A stretch of 64,000 bases of DNA, from the IMG/VR virus record IMGVR_UViG_3300021959_007005, one strand, 5' to 3'. Below, one piece after another: positions 9,125 to 18,527 of the stretch. The stretch is from a virus. Lineage: Duplodnaviria; Caudoviricetes. Position 1 is the stretch's first letter. Each line of letters opens with the position of its first letter. The notes under the pieces were generated by a model that saw only the letters and a list, made by a program, of their open reading frames with translations, was not told the DNA's origin and made no database searches. A program made the translations under genes and the position numbers.

Positions 9125-10849
9125 ATGGATAGTTTAACAGAAGCACAAATAATAGAAGCACAAGTACAAGAAATAATAGATGAAGCAGAACAACTCAATG
9201 AGTTCTTGCCACTAATACCATTGGCTATTTGGGCAGGTGGTGCTGCATGGACAGCCTACGATGTTTATCGTACTGCAAAACAATACAAAGCAGGTGAAAT
9301 TACCAAAGGTGAAGTTGCTAAACGAGTTGGTACTGATGTTGCATTAAGTATCGCTGGAGGAGCAATAGCCAAGGGTTTAATTAAAGGTGGAAAAGTTGGT
9401 TACGGCGTAATTAAAAAAGTAGTTGACAAAAGTAAAGAAAAGTTCGATGTAGTTGATCGAGCAAATAAAAGAGGGCGTACTACTAAGGATATAACAATTG
9501 GTGGTCAAAAAATAGTTGATCCTACTAAAGTAACTACAGCACGTGGTGCTGATGGTAAGATGAGAGCATTAACTAAAGCAGAGAAAAAAGCATTAGCAAG
9601 GGCTAGTGATACTAGAAGTACTGCCGCAAAAGCAATTGATGCGGTTTCTGCACCAGTTAAGGCGGTTACTGGGTTGGGTAAAGGTGGACTTGACAGAAAA
9701 ATGGGCACTGCTACAAGTAATGTTGTTAAAAAAATTACTGACCCCTTAATGAAAAAGAAAAATATTCCTACAGTAGCAATAGATCCTTTAACCAAAAAGT
9801 TTAAAAAATTAGATGGACCAATTGATGACAGAACTAGATTAGCTAAAGTTATTGACGCACCAAAAGCTGGACTGGATGCTCTAAGAAAAGTAGATGACTT
9901 TATTGGTGATATACCTGGCAACATTGCAAGAAAAACTATAGACACAGTAACACAGAATCCAATTGCTAAAGCAGAAAAAGCTAGACGTAAAGCAGCTAAA
10001 CAAATTAGAGCGGCGGATGCAGTCGCAGCAAGAGCCGCTAAAGAAATTGATAAGCAAATGCAGCAAGCAAAAGACTTGCGTAAACGTGATGCAACACAAC
10101 GTATTAGATCTGCTGATGCGGATGCGGCAGCTGCCGCTAAAAAAGCAGCAAAGAGTGCAGATGAATTTAAACGTAATGCAGCTCAACGTAATGCTAGTGC
10201 CGCAATGCGTAATGCAGATAACATCGCAGTTAAGCAAGCAACTAGGCAAGCAGCAGACCAAAAAGCAAATGCCGCCAAAAGAAGTGCATCAGCAGCAATA
10301 CGTAAAGCAGATAAAATTGCTACAGACAGAGCATCTGATGTAGCCGCATTTAAACGTAATGCAGCTCAAAGAACAGCTTCAACTAGGATGCGTAGTGCAG
10401 ATAAAATTGCTACTAGACGAGCTGATGATCTAGCAGTAAATGATAAAAGAAGAGCGGCAGCAGCCACAATTAGAAAAGCAGACTCAGATGCAATTAAAAA
10501 AGCAAAAGAGATAGAAATTGCTGCTAAAAAGAAACGAGCAGATGCTGTGGCAGCAAGAGCTGCTAAAAAAGCAGATGCAGAAGCACGTATTAAGAAAGCT
10601 GATGCCGCCGCAGCGAAGAGATTAGGCAAAAAGACAGATGCTGGTGAAATCGCTGCAAGAGTAGCTGCAAGACGTGCAGCCAGAAAAGTTGATGGTAAGA
10701 CAAAAATGGCCAAGCGTGTGGGAAGAAGAGTTGACAAATTAATTCCAGGCGGTAAATCTGGTGGTGGCGCTCCAGCAGCTTCATGGCAGTCATTTTCGCC
10801 AGTCGCAGTAAATGATCCACTAAATTTGTCAAGAGCTAATAAAGGGTAA
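9125..10849 (+). CDS. Ala/Lys/Arg-rich helical repeat protein with hydrophobic N-terminal segment
   Basis: 574 aa; FKRNAAQR repeated (22-bp identity at 10165 and 10348); same C-terminal motif as the 7405 ORF. Confidence 0.75.
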   Translation: MDSLTEAQIIEAQVQEIIDEAEQLNEFLPLIPLAIWAGGAAWTAYDVYRTAKQYKAGEITKGEVAKRVGTDVALSIAGGAIAKGLIKGGKVGYGVIKKVVDKSKEKFDVVDRANKRGRTTKDITIGGQKIVDPTKVTTARGADGKMRALTKAEKKALARASDTRSTAAKAIDAVSAPVKAVTGLGKGGLDRKMGTATSNVVKKITDPLMKKKNIPTVAIDPLTKKFKKLDGPIDDRTRLAKVIDAPKAGLDALRKVDDFIGDIPGNIARKTIDTVTQNPIAKAEKARRKAAKQIRAADAVAARAAKEIDKQMQQAKDLRKRDATQRIRSADADAAAAAKKAAKSADEFKRNAAQRNASAAMRNADNIAVKQATRQAADQKANAAKRSASAAIRKADKIATDRASDVAAFKRNAAQRTASTRMRSADKIATRRADDLAVNDKRRAAAATIRKADSDAIKKAKEIEIAAKKKRADAVAARAAKKADAEARIKKADAAAAKRLGKKTDAGEIAARVAARRAARKVDGKTKMAKRVGRRVDKLIPGGKSGGGAPAASWQSFSPVAVNDPLNLSRANKG

Positions 10850-10853
10850 TAAG

Positions 10854-12269
10854 ATGAAAAAAGATGCAAATAGTATACTAAAAAATATTTTTGATAAAGC
10901 CGCCAATGCGGTTAATGAAGGTTACAAAGTACTTCCTCCAATGGATGACAAGTACCAACCACGTGATGGTTTAGAAGGCCCGTTTACAACATTAAGTGGA
11001 AAAGTAGTATACTATGATCCAGGCGAGGGGGCATATTACGACCCAGATACTGATTTTTATATTTCATACGATGAGTACCAAGAACTAGATAAAGATTATA
11101 GTGGTATGAAAACCGAAGGTGTTGAAACAGATTATGAAAATGAGATTGATCAAATTATTGATGAGATAAAAGAGTTAGGAATAACAGATGTAGATGAAAT
11201 CGCCAGTGTTGTTGGAAACTTTATTGATAATGAAGATGACGCAGCGGAAGTATACGTAACTGTGTTAGACTTTTTGGGACTTGCAGAATCAATTAGCGAA
11301 GGTGCAATGGATGATGAGATTGCCGCATACTACAGGCAGTTAAAACTTCCAAATATGAAATCTTGGAAAAAATTAACAAAAAATGAAAATCTTGGAGGAT
11401 CTCCATTTAGAGCATCCGCTGCTAATGCTGAAGATTATGGCATGTTTAGTCAAGATGGTAATTATGAAGTTCAAGAGATTGTCGACGATGCATGTGGAAT
11501 GGTTAAAAGTGGTGAAGCTGATATTATGAAGGCAGTCGATGCAGCAATGCGAATGCTTACAGATCTAAGTGAAATGGGCGGTCACGAAGAAGCAGAAGAC
11601 ACCGCAGTACGTGATAGTGTTACACGAGCTATTTGGAATCGTTGTGATAATGACGATACTAACGAAGGGCATAGTCCACATAAAAAAGGTACTGCAAAAT
11701 ATAAAAAGCATATGGCTGCAATGCATGCTGAAGATAAAAAGAAAATGGTTAAGGATCCAAAAACAGGTAAGATGGTTCCAAGTTATGCAATAGACGGCAA
11801 AGGTGATAATGATCTTAAAGAGAAGGTATCAATTTCCCAAGTTAAAGAAAGTATCAATACTAAGTCCACAGACAAGAATCGCATAGTAGCGGATTATATT
11901 GGCGGATACTTAAATGGAAACCTTACTGAATCACAAGTTAAAGATGAAATTAAACATGTAGTAAGTCAAATACGCGAATCTGTTGATGCTAACGTAATAT
12001 ACACTAACATGCGTAAAACTAATATACAAGAATCTCTTGATAAAAAATTAATGGTAAGAGAAAGTATTGCACAACTCCAAAAAATTGTATCAGACAAGCA
12101 AATGATGCCAGTTAAATTTACTGACGGCAGTATGAAAATTGATATGACTACAGCAAATATAGTTCTAGATGCATACAAAAAAGTTAAGCCTGAAAATCAA
12201 CAAAAAATAGAAAAAATGATGGAAACAAAATACGGGTTTAAGCGTTTATTAGATATCATCTATAAATAA
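10854..12269 (+). CDS. Modular putative internal head/core protein
   Basis: Many xxE-delimited modules (AVNE, SISE, DTNE, QVKE, LTE, IRE, IQE, VRE). Confidence 0.6.
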   Translation: MKKDANSILKNIFDKAANAVNEGYKVLPPMDDKYQPRDGLEGPFTTLSGKVVYYDPGEGAYYDPDTDFYISYDEYQELDKDYSGMKTEGVETDYENEIDQIIDEIKELGITDVDEIASVVGNFIDNEDDAAEVYVTVLDFLGLAESISEGAMDDEIAAYYRQLKLPNMKSWKKLTKNENLGGSPFRASAANAEDYGMFSQDGNYEVQEIVDDACGMVKSGEADIMKAVDAAMRMLTDLSEMGGHEEAEDTAVRDSVTRAIWNRCDNDDTNEGHSPHKKGTAKYKKHMAAMHAEDKKKMVKDPKTGKMVPSYAIDGKGDNDLKEKVSISQVKESINTKSTDKNRIVADYIGGYLNGNLTESQVKDEIKHVVSQIRESVDANVIYTNMRKTNIQESLDKKLMVRESIAQLQKIVSDKQMMPVKFTDGSMKIDMTTANIVLDAYKKVKPENQQKIEKMMETKYGFKRLLDIIYK

Positions 12270-12871
12270 TGATTGCTGACAGTGCTGAAGATTTTGTATG
12301 GGCGAGTATTGACCCAGATGATATCTGGGTCATGGATAAACTAATACTGTCAAGAAAATTAGGGTACGTTTGTGGTCCAGTTGGGCTTGATGTTCCGATA
12401 CCAGGATATTATATTGTGCGACCATGTGTTAACATGTTAGGTCTAGGGTTAGGGACACGGCGGGTATGGATAGAAAAAGAAACTATGCATTTGCCATTAG
12501 GATATTTTTGGTGTGAATTCTTTGAGGGCAGACACCTTAGTGTAGATTATAACTATGGATTACAGCGGTTATGTGTTGAAGGATTTAAACCATTAGATAC
12601 ATTTACTAAATGGAGCGAATGGAAACGTACTACAGACTATGTAACCCGTCCTAATATATTACTTGACTTATTAAAAAGATACGAATGGATTAATTGTGAA
12701 TTTATTGGCGGCAATCTTATTGAAGTTCATCTAAGACACAACGAAGATTTTGACGGCGGTATTAATCATTTTATTCCAGTATGGGAAGGACAAGACACTA
12801 TTCCACCAAATGGATATCAATATAAAGATTATCCAGACGTACATGGACGTATAGGAGCGTTTATAAAATAA
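12269..12871 (+). CDS. Hypothetical protein, possible minimal ATP-grasp-like fold
   Basis: DKLIL..YIVRPCVNMLGLGLG..WCEFFEG.HLSVDY..INCEFIG..IEVHLR pattern. Confidence 0.45.
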   Translation: MIADSAEDFVWASIDPDDIWVMDKLILSRKLGYVCGPVGLDVPIPGYYIVRPCVNMLGLGLGTRRVWIEKETMHLPLGYFWCEFFEGRHLSVDYNYGLQRLCVEGFKPLDTFTKWSEWKRTTDYVTRPNILLDLLKRYEWINCEFIGGNLIEVHLRHNEDFDGGINHFIPVWEGQDTIPPNGYQYKDYPDVHGRIGAFIK

Positions 12872-12898
12872 ATACATTTAGTATAAAAAGGAAAAACT

Positions 12899-13753
12899 AT
12901 GAGTAAATTTACATTTGACTTTAAAGGAAGATATGTAGCAGACATCTTACATCTTGGTAAAGATGACGCTATGGAATGGTTAGGCGCAATGCAAGATGTA
13001 TTACCTAAATATGACATTAATACTCCAGAAAGAGTTGCTGGATTTATGGCTCAAACTGGGCATGAATCCAATGGATATAAGGTACTTACTGAAAACTTAA
13101 ACTACAGTGCAAAAGCACTCGATGCTATATTTGGCAAATATTTTAAACGAGCTGGGAGAGATGCAAATGAATATCATAGACAGCCTGAAAAAATTGCGAA
13201 CGTTATTTACGCAAACAGAATGGACAACGGTGATACCAATTCCGGTGATGGCTGGAGATTTAGGGGCGGTGGCATACTGCAACTTACAGGTAGAAGCAAT
13301 TATACAAGATTTGGAGAATCAGTTGGAATGAGTGCTGAAGAAGCAACTGACTATGTACGCACAAAAGAAGGTGCTCTTGAGAGTGCATGTTGGTTCTGGA
13401 AAACAAACAACTTAAACAAATACTGTGATAATAATGATATCACAACATTGTCTAAGCGTGTTAATGGTGGTACAATTGGTCTTGAAGATCGTATTAAACA
13501 TTGGAATCATGCAATGGAATTGTTTACTGGAGTAGCAGCACCACACGTAGAAGAGAAGCTAGACATTAAACTTATTAAAAAAGGTAGTAGGGGATCGCTT
13601 GTTAAAGCAATGCAAGAAGTGCTTGGACTTGATGCTGATGGCGACTTTGGCCCAGGCACAGAACGTGCGGTCAAATCTTGGCAAGCTGAAAATGGACTAA
13701 CACCTGATGGCATTGTAGGACCAAAAACACTAGCTAAGATGGGTATTGAATAA
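12899..13753 (+). CDS. GH19 (chitinase-like) endolysin with C-terminal peptidoglycan-binding domain
   Basis: AQTGHES, ENLNYS, GDGWRFRGGGILQLTGRSNY; C-terminal DGDFGPGT..AV..WQ..GL.PDGIVGPKT. Confidence 0.9.
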   Translation: MSKFTFDFKGRYVADILHLGKDDAMEWLGAMQDVLPKYDINTPERVAGFMAQTGHESNGYKVLTENLNYSAKALDAIFGKYFKRAGRDANEYHRQPEKIANVIYANRMDNGDTNSGDGWRFRGGGILQLTGRSNYTRFGESVGMSAEEATDYVRTKEGALESACWFWKTNNLNKYCDNNDITTLSKRVNGGTIGLEDRIKHWNHAMELFTGVAAPHVEEKLDIKLIKKGSRGSLVKAMQEVLGLDADGDFGPGTERAVKSWQAENGLTPDGIVGPKTLAKMGIE

Positions 13754-13947
13754 TGGCAGCAAACGATGATGATCAAGGAAAGTTGGAAATTGCCGTAAGA
13801 GTATTAGGTAATGAACTAGTTGCTTTAAAAATGGTAGTAGATGATTTTAAAATGAAATGGTTAGTAATCGGTGTATTCACCATTGTGTCATTATTTTGGG
13901 CCGCTAGTAAATTTGGTCCAGCATTAATGGGAACATTTGGATCATGA
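13753..13947 (+). CDS. Small membrane protein
   Basis: One hydrophobic helix, WLVIGVFTIVSLFWAA. Confidence 0.65.
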   Translation: MAANDDDQGKLEIAVRVLGNELVALKMVVDDFKMKWLVIGVFTIVSLFWAASKFGPALMGTFGS

Positions 13948-14138
13948 TAAGCAAACAGTGTAAAGCACATTTAAATGATGTTGGAGAAACAGGATTACAA
14001 CATATGGCAGTGGCATTAAAAACCGCAGTTAGGTTACAACTATTGGTTCCTGCACTAATTATTCACAGCATCGCACCTAGGTGCTTTACACACACAGCAA
14101 CTAATGTGATGAAAGATATTTTGGAGAAAAGAAAATGA
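13944..14138 (+). CDS. Small hypothetical protein (DUF6356-like)
   Basis: HL..VGETGLQHM..AL..A..L..LV.ALIIH.I.P.CF pattern. Confidence 0.55.
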   Translation: MISKQCKAHLNDVGETGLQHMAVALKTAVRLQLLVPALIIHSIAPRCFTHTATNVMKDILEKRK

Positions 14139-14293
14139 ATTGGATAAAAGAACGTATCAGTGAACGCACCACATGGGACGGTGGCGTGATGATCGCAATG
14201 GGACTGATTGCATTGTTTGCAACTAGCTTTATTAAATTAGCGGCAATTGCAGCAATTGCATATGGCGCATGGACTATTTGGAAAGCAGAATAG
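14135..14293 (+). CDS. 52-aa two-helix membrane protein, holin candidate (not in ORF track)
   Basis: Hand translation MNWIKERISERTTWDGGVMIAMGLIALFATSFIKLAAIAAIAYGAWTIWKAE; ATGA overlap with the upstream gene. Confidence 0.75.
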   Translation: MNWIKERISERTTWDGGVMIAMGLIALFATSFIKLAAIAAIAYGAWTIWKAE

Positions 14294-14294
14294 T

Positions 14295-14594
14295 ATGTGG
14301 GAAATGATCGAACGCATGGCTAGCGATAGGCTTTGGATTTACACTGCACTTGCTGGAAGTGTGTTCGGTGCCATATTTGTGGCATATATGAGTACTACAC
14401 GTATAGGACTTTGGTTTTATGCCAAAGTGGACAGTTGGGTAGACTTTTTAGTAGAGCGTTGGGGCTGGACATGGTTACAACAACCAGAAGATGCATGGCG
14501 TAAAAAGTATCCACACGTTACTAAGAAAATAGATAAACTAGAAACTCGTATTGAAGAACTAGAGAGAAAAGACACACAATATCATAATTATTAA
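14295..14594 (+). CDS. Membrane protein with C-terminal coiled coil
   Basis: Start moved to 14295 (MWEMIER), just after the previous stop; TM segment LWIYTALAGSVFGAIFVAYM. Confidence 0.7.
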   Translation: MWEMIERMASDRLWIYTALAGSVFGAIFVAYMSTTRIGLWFYAKVDSWVDFLVERWGWTWLQQPEDAWRKKYPHVTKKIDKLETRIEELERKDTQYHNY

Positions 14595-14595
14595 C

Positions 14596-14625
14596 TTGAC
14601 ATTTCTATTGTAAACCTGCTATACT
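14596..14625 (+). promoter_or_regulatory. Sigma70-type promoter for the replication operon
   Basis: TTGACA-N18-TATACT, with TGC before the -10. Confidence 0.65.
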
Positions 14626-14658
14626 ATAGTAAGATTATAATATAAACAAGGAGCAAAT

Positions 14659-14919
14659 ATGCCTACACGATCATTTAGTAGTTCAGAAATTACAAAACTA
14701 AAGCAATTAATGAGCGAAGGAATTCAAGTAACTAGTGAAGTTGATGCATTAAAAGAAGGTCTTAAAGATACAGTTAAGGCTATTGCTGAAGAAATGGATA
14801 TGAAACCAGCACTACTTAATAAAGCAATCCGAATTGCTTACAAAAATGAGTTTGCTCAAACACAGGATAACTTTAGCCAAGTTGAAGAAATTTTAGCGGC
14901 TGTAGGTAGAGACAATTAA
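14659..14919 (+). CDS. dsDNA-binding protein (T4 DsbA/GapR-like)
   Basis: LKDTVKAIAEEMDMKPALLNKAIRIAYK helical pattern; 86 aa. Confidence 0.65.
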   Translation: MPTRSFSSSEITKLKQLMSEGIQVTSEVDALKEGLKDTVKAIAEEMDMKPALLNKAIRIAYKNEFAQTQDNFSQVEEILAAVGRDN

Positions 14920-15617
14920 TGCTCGACTTAAAAGTTATTGAAGTAGAACATTACACAGACAAATTATTTAGAATACAAACAGAAAGACCCCGTAGTTTTA
15001 GATTTACTGCGGGGGAGTTTGTTATGATAGGTTTAGAAGATGCACCTAATAGGGCATACAGTATTACCAGTGGTCCATATGATGACTACATTGAGTTCTA
15101 CAGTATCAAAGTACAAGATGGACCGCTAACAAGTAAACTACAGCATATTCAAGTAGGCGATACTATTCGTGTAGGTGAGAAGCCAACAGGTACACTTATA
15201 CTTGCTAACTTAGAGCTAGGCGGGCACCTAGTAATGATGGCAAGTGGTACTGGTATTGCTCCGTTTATTAGTTTACTACGTGAACCAGAAACATATGACT
15301 TGTTTGAGAACATTACAGTAACATGGACCACTAGGCTACATGCTGAACAAGACTGTTACCGAGACTTCTTGAATGAGATGCCAATTGAATACATCAGCAC
15401 AGTTACACAAGAGCCAGCTGAACTACAAGGACGTATTCAAAAGTTTATGGCAGATGGTACAGTACAGATTGACAATCCTGCTGAACAGCGTATAATGTTA
15501 TGTGGAAGTGTGGCATTTAATAATGATTTGAAAGAACACTTTAACAGTCTCGGATTTAATGAGGGAAACAAACGCACACAAGGTACGTTTGTACAAGAAA
15601 GGGCGTTTGTTAGTTAA
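14919..15617 (+). CDS. fpr: Ferredoxin/flavodoxin-NADP+ reductase
   Basis: RAYSI, GPLTSKL, GTGIAPF, MLCGS and terminal aromatic ERAF motifs. Confidence 0.92.
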   Translation: MLDLKVIEVEHYTDKLFRIQTERPRSFRFTAGEFVMIGLEDAPNRAYSITSGPYDDYIEFYSIKVQDGPLTSKLQHIQVGDTIRVGEKPTGTLILANLELGGHLVMMASGTGIAPFISLLREPETYDLFENITVTWTTRLHAEQDCYRDFLNEMPIEYISTVTQEPAELQGRIQKFMADGTVQIDNPAEQRIMLCGSVAFNNDLKEHFNSLGFNEGNKRTQGTFVQERAFVS

Positions 15618-18298
15618 TGTATGTAGATGCACATTTTGATCGTAACAAAGATATTATCTATGTTGCTGAACGTATTAATGGCCATAGAGAGTATCGAGAG
15701 TACCCGCCAAGCTATATGTTTTATTATAAAGACCAACGTGGGAAATATGAAAGTATTTTCGGAGACAAACTCTCACGGTATTCAACTACAAATGGCAAGG
15801 CATTTAAAAAAGAAAAGAAAATGTATGGTGGACAAACATTATTTGAAAGTGATGTTAATCAAGTTTTCAAATGTTTGGAAAACAACTACTTGGGGAAAGA
15901 ACCTCCTAAACTAAACACTGCATTTTTTGATATTGAAGTTGACTTTGACAAAGATGTAGGATTTGCACCGCCAGAAGATCCGTTTAATCCTGTTACTGCT
16001 ATTGCTGTTAACTTAAATTGGATTGGCAAGACAATATGTATTGCTTGTAAGCCTGATACACTCACTAAAGAAGATGCACAAGAAATTTGTGATAGATTTC
16101 CTGACACACTTCTTATGGATACAGAAGAAGAACTGCTTCGAACATTTTTAGAGTTAATTGAAGACGCAGACGTAATGAGTGGATGGAATAGTGAAGGATT
16201 TGATATTCCATATTTGGTAAACCGCATTACACGTATACTTGGAAAAGATTACACACGTAAATTTTGCTTGTGGGATCAACTACCAAAGCGCAGAGAGTTT
16301 GAAAAATATGGCAAGGCACAAGAAACATATGATACAATTGGTCGATTGCATTTGGATTATATGCAACTATATCAGAAGTACACATATCATGAAATGCATA
16401 GTTATGCACTAGACGCAATTGGCGAATATGAGCTCAATGAGCGTAAGATTGCATATTCAGGCACATTAGATGCATTGTATAATAATGACTTTGAAACTTT
16501 TATTGATTACAACCGTCAAGATGTGGAATTGTTAGTTAAACTAGATGCAAAGTTGCAGTTTATTGACTTAGCAAATGTTATTGCACATGATAACACAGTA
16601 CTAATACAAACCACAATGGGCGCAGTTGCAGTTACTGACCAAGCTATTATTAATGAAGCACATCGCAATGGACTTATTGTTCCAGATAAACAACATGATA
16701 AAGTACAAAAGCATTATCCACAAACAACACAAGCCGCTGGTGCATACGTTGCAACACCAGTTAGAGGACGGCATGAATGGATTGGTAGTATGGATTTAAA
16801 CAGTCTGTATCCAAGTATTTTACGTGGACTTAACTTGAGTACTGAAACAATTGTTGGGCAAATTAGACATACATTAACTGTACCACTTCTACAAGAGTTT
16901 AAATGGGAAGCAGCAAGGGCTTGGGAAGGTAAATTCGCCACACCTGAATATGAGCTAGTAATGGCTAAAGATACTAAAACACAGTTATGGATTGACTTTG
17001 AAAATGGTGAAGAGTTAATGGCAACTGGCGCTGAGATATACCAGATCATTTTTGAAAGTGGACAGCCTTGGGTTATATCAAGTAATGCTACTATTATTAA
17101 ACAAGATAAAAAAGGCATCATTCCTGGCTTATTAGAGCGTTGGTATGCTGAACGTAAAGTATTACAAAAGAATGCCAAAGAAGCAAAAGGTGTTGATGGT
17201 GAAAAATTTACATATTGGGATAAACGACAGCTAGTTAAAAAGATTAACTTGAACAGTTTGTATGGTGCGTTACTTAATCCAGGCAGTAGATTTAATGATC
17301 CACGCATGGGGCAATCAACAACACTAACTGGCAGAACTATTGCTAGACATATGGGAGCTAAAGTAAATGAACTATTTACAGGAGAGTATGACCATGTCGG
17401 GGCCAGCATTATATATGGAGATACTGATAGTATCTATTTTAGTGCGTATCCTATATTCAAGGAACAGATAAAAAATGGAGAGTTTGAATGGGATAAAGAT
17501 AAGGTTAGTGAATTATATGACACAGTATGTGAGCAAGCTAACGTAACCTTTCCTGATTACATGGCAAATGCACATAATGTGCAAGACCGTGAGCAGGGAA
17601 AAATTATTGCCGCTGCTCGAGAAATGTGTGCGTTATCAGGTATCTTTATCAAGAAGAAACGCTATGCAATCCTAGTATATGACAACGAAGGGTTTAGAGA
17701 AGATTATGATGATAAACCTGGTAAAATTAAAGCCATGGGATTGGACTTAAAACGTAGCGATACTCCTCCATTTATGCAAGATTTTTTGAGTGAACTACTT
17801 TTAAAAACACTTACTGGTGTCCCTAATGAAGAACTTATTGAAAGAATTGTTGAATTCAGACGTGAGTTTAGAGACAAGCCAGCATGGGAGATTGGCACAC
17901 CTAAGCGTGTTAATAAGCTCACATATTATAATAATTTAGAGTGGGATAAAAAAGGCAGCTACAAAGGTAAAGCAAACATGCCAGGGCATGTTCGTGCCGC
18001 AATTAACTATAATCGTCTACGTGATATCAATAGTGATAAGTTTAGCTTAGATATTATTGATGGTATGAAAACTATTGTATGTAAATTAAAACCAAACCCA
18101 ATGGGATTTACTAGTATCGGTTATCCTACAGATGAAGGCAGAATTCCAGATTGGTTTAAGGAATTACCATTTGATACTGATCTTATGGAGGAGACTATTA
18201 TTACTAAAAAAATAGAAAACTTACTAGGAGTAATAGATATTGACTTATCTAAAGCAGAGGACAAAACTACATTTGAGAGTTTGTTTGATTTTGGATGA
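15617..18298 (+). CDS. Family B DNA polymerase (T4 gp43-like)
   Basis: Exonuclease FFDIEV and GWNSEGFD; polymerase DLNSLYPS, KINLNSLYG and YGDTDS motifs. Confidence 0.97.
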   Translation: MYVDAHFDRNKDIIYVAERINGHREYREYPPSYMFYYKDQRGKYESIFGDKLSRYSTTNGKAFKKEKKMYGGQTLFESDVNQVFKCLENNYLGKEPPKLNTAFFDIEVDFDKDVGFAPPEDPFNPVTAIAVNLNWIGKTICIACKPDTLTKEDAQEICDRFPDTLLMDTEEELLRTFLELIEDADVMSGWNSEGFDIPYLVNRITRILGKDYTRKFCLWDQLPKRREFEKYGKAQETYDTIGRLHLDYMQLYQKYTYHEMHSYALDAIGEYELNERKIAYSGTLDALYNNDFETFIDYNRQDVELLVKLDAKLQFIDLANVIAHDNTVLIQTTMGAVAVTDQAIINEAHRNGLIVPDKQHDKVQKHYPQTTQAAGAYVATPVRGRHEWIGSMDLNSLYPSILRGLNLSTETIVGQIRHTLTVPLLQEFKWEAARAWEGKFATPEYELVMAKDTKTQLWIDFENGEELMATGAEIYQIIFESGQPWVISSNATIIKQDKKGIIPGLLERWYAERKVLQKNAKEAKGVDGEKFTYWDKRQLVKKINLNSLYGALLNPGSRFNDPRMGQSTTLTGRTIARHMGAKVNELFTGEYDHVGASIIYGDTDSIYFSAYPIFKEQIKNGEFEWDKDKVSELYDTVCEQANVTFPDYMANAHNVQDREQGKIIAAAREMCALSGIFIKKKRYAILVYDNEGFREDYDDKPGKIKAMGLDLKRSDTPPFMQDFLSELLLKTLTGVPNEELIERIVEFRREFRDKPAWEIGTPKRVNKLTYYNNLEWDKKGSYKGKANMPGHVRAAINYNRLRDINSDKFSLDIIDGMKTIVCKLKPNPMGFTSIGYPTDEGRIPDWFKELPFDTDLMEETIITKKIENLLGVIDIDLSKAEDKTTFESLFDFG

Positions 18299-18525
18299 AA
18301 CTAGATTTACATGGAAAACATATTCATGAAGCATGGAAATGTGTTGACAGATTCATTAATGACTGCTATTATGGTAATATTAAAAGATGTGAAATTATCT
18401 GCGGTCAAGGTGCTATTAGGACTGAAATTGAAACCTGGTTGCATCTAAATAAGCATGTAAAAGAATACAGGTTTAATAGTCGCACACAAGGCAGCTACAA
18501 CATAATACTAACAAAAAGGAAATAA
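18295..18525 (+). CDS. Stand-alone Smr domain protein
   Basis: LDLHG...EIICGQG motifs. Confidence 0.85.
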   Translation: MKLDLHGKHIHEAWKCVDRFINDCYYGNIKRCEIICGQGAIRTEIETWLHLNKHVKEYRFNSRTQGSYNIILTKRK

Positions 18526-18527
18526 GT

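Noticed and set aside
12261-12268. TATAAATA late promoter
   Set aside because: It coincides with the codons Tyr-Lys-stop and overlaps the next start, so it is probably incidental.
14247-14294. Track start at 14247 for the membrane ORF (likewise 19494, 30211, 32740, 37673, 43985, 44425, 61860)
   Set aside because: Downstream ATGs abutting the previous stop codon fit the operon packing better.
15617-18298. Intein or intron in the DNA polymerase
   Set aside because: The 893-aa ORF is continuous with normal motif spacing.
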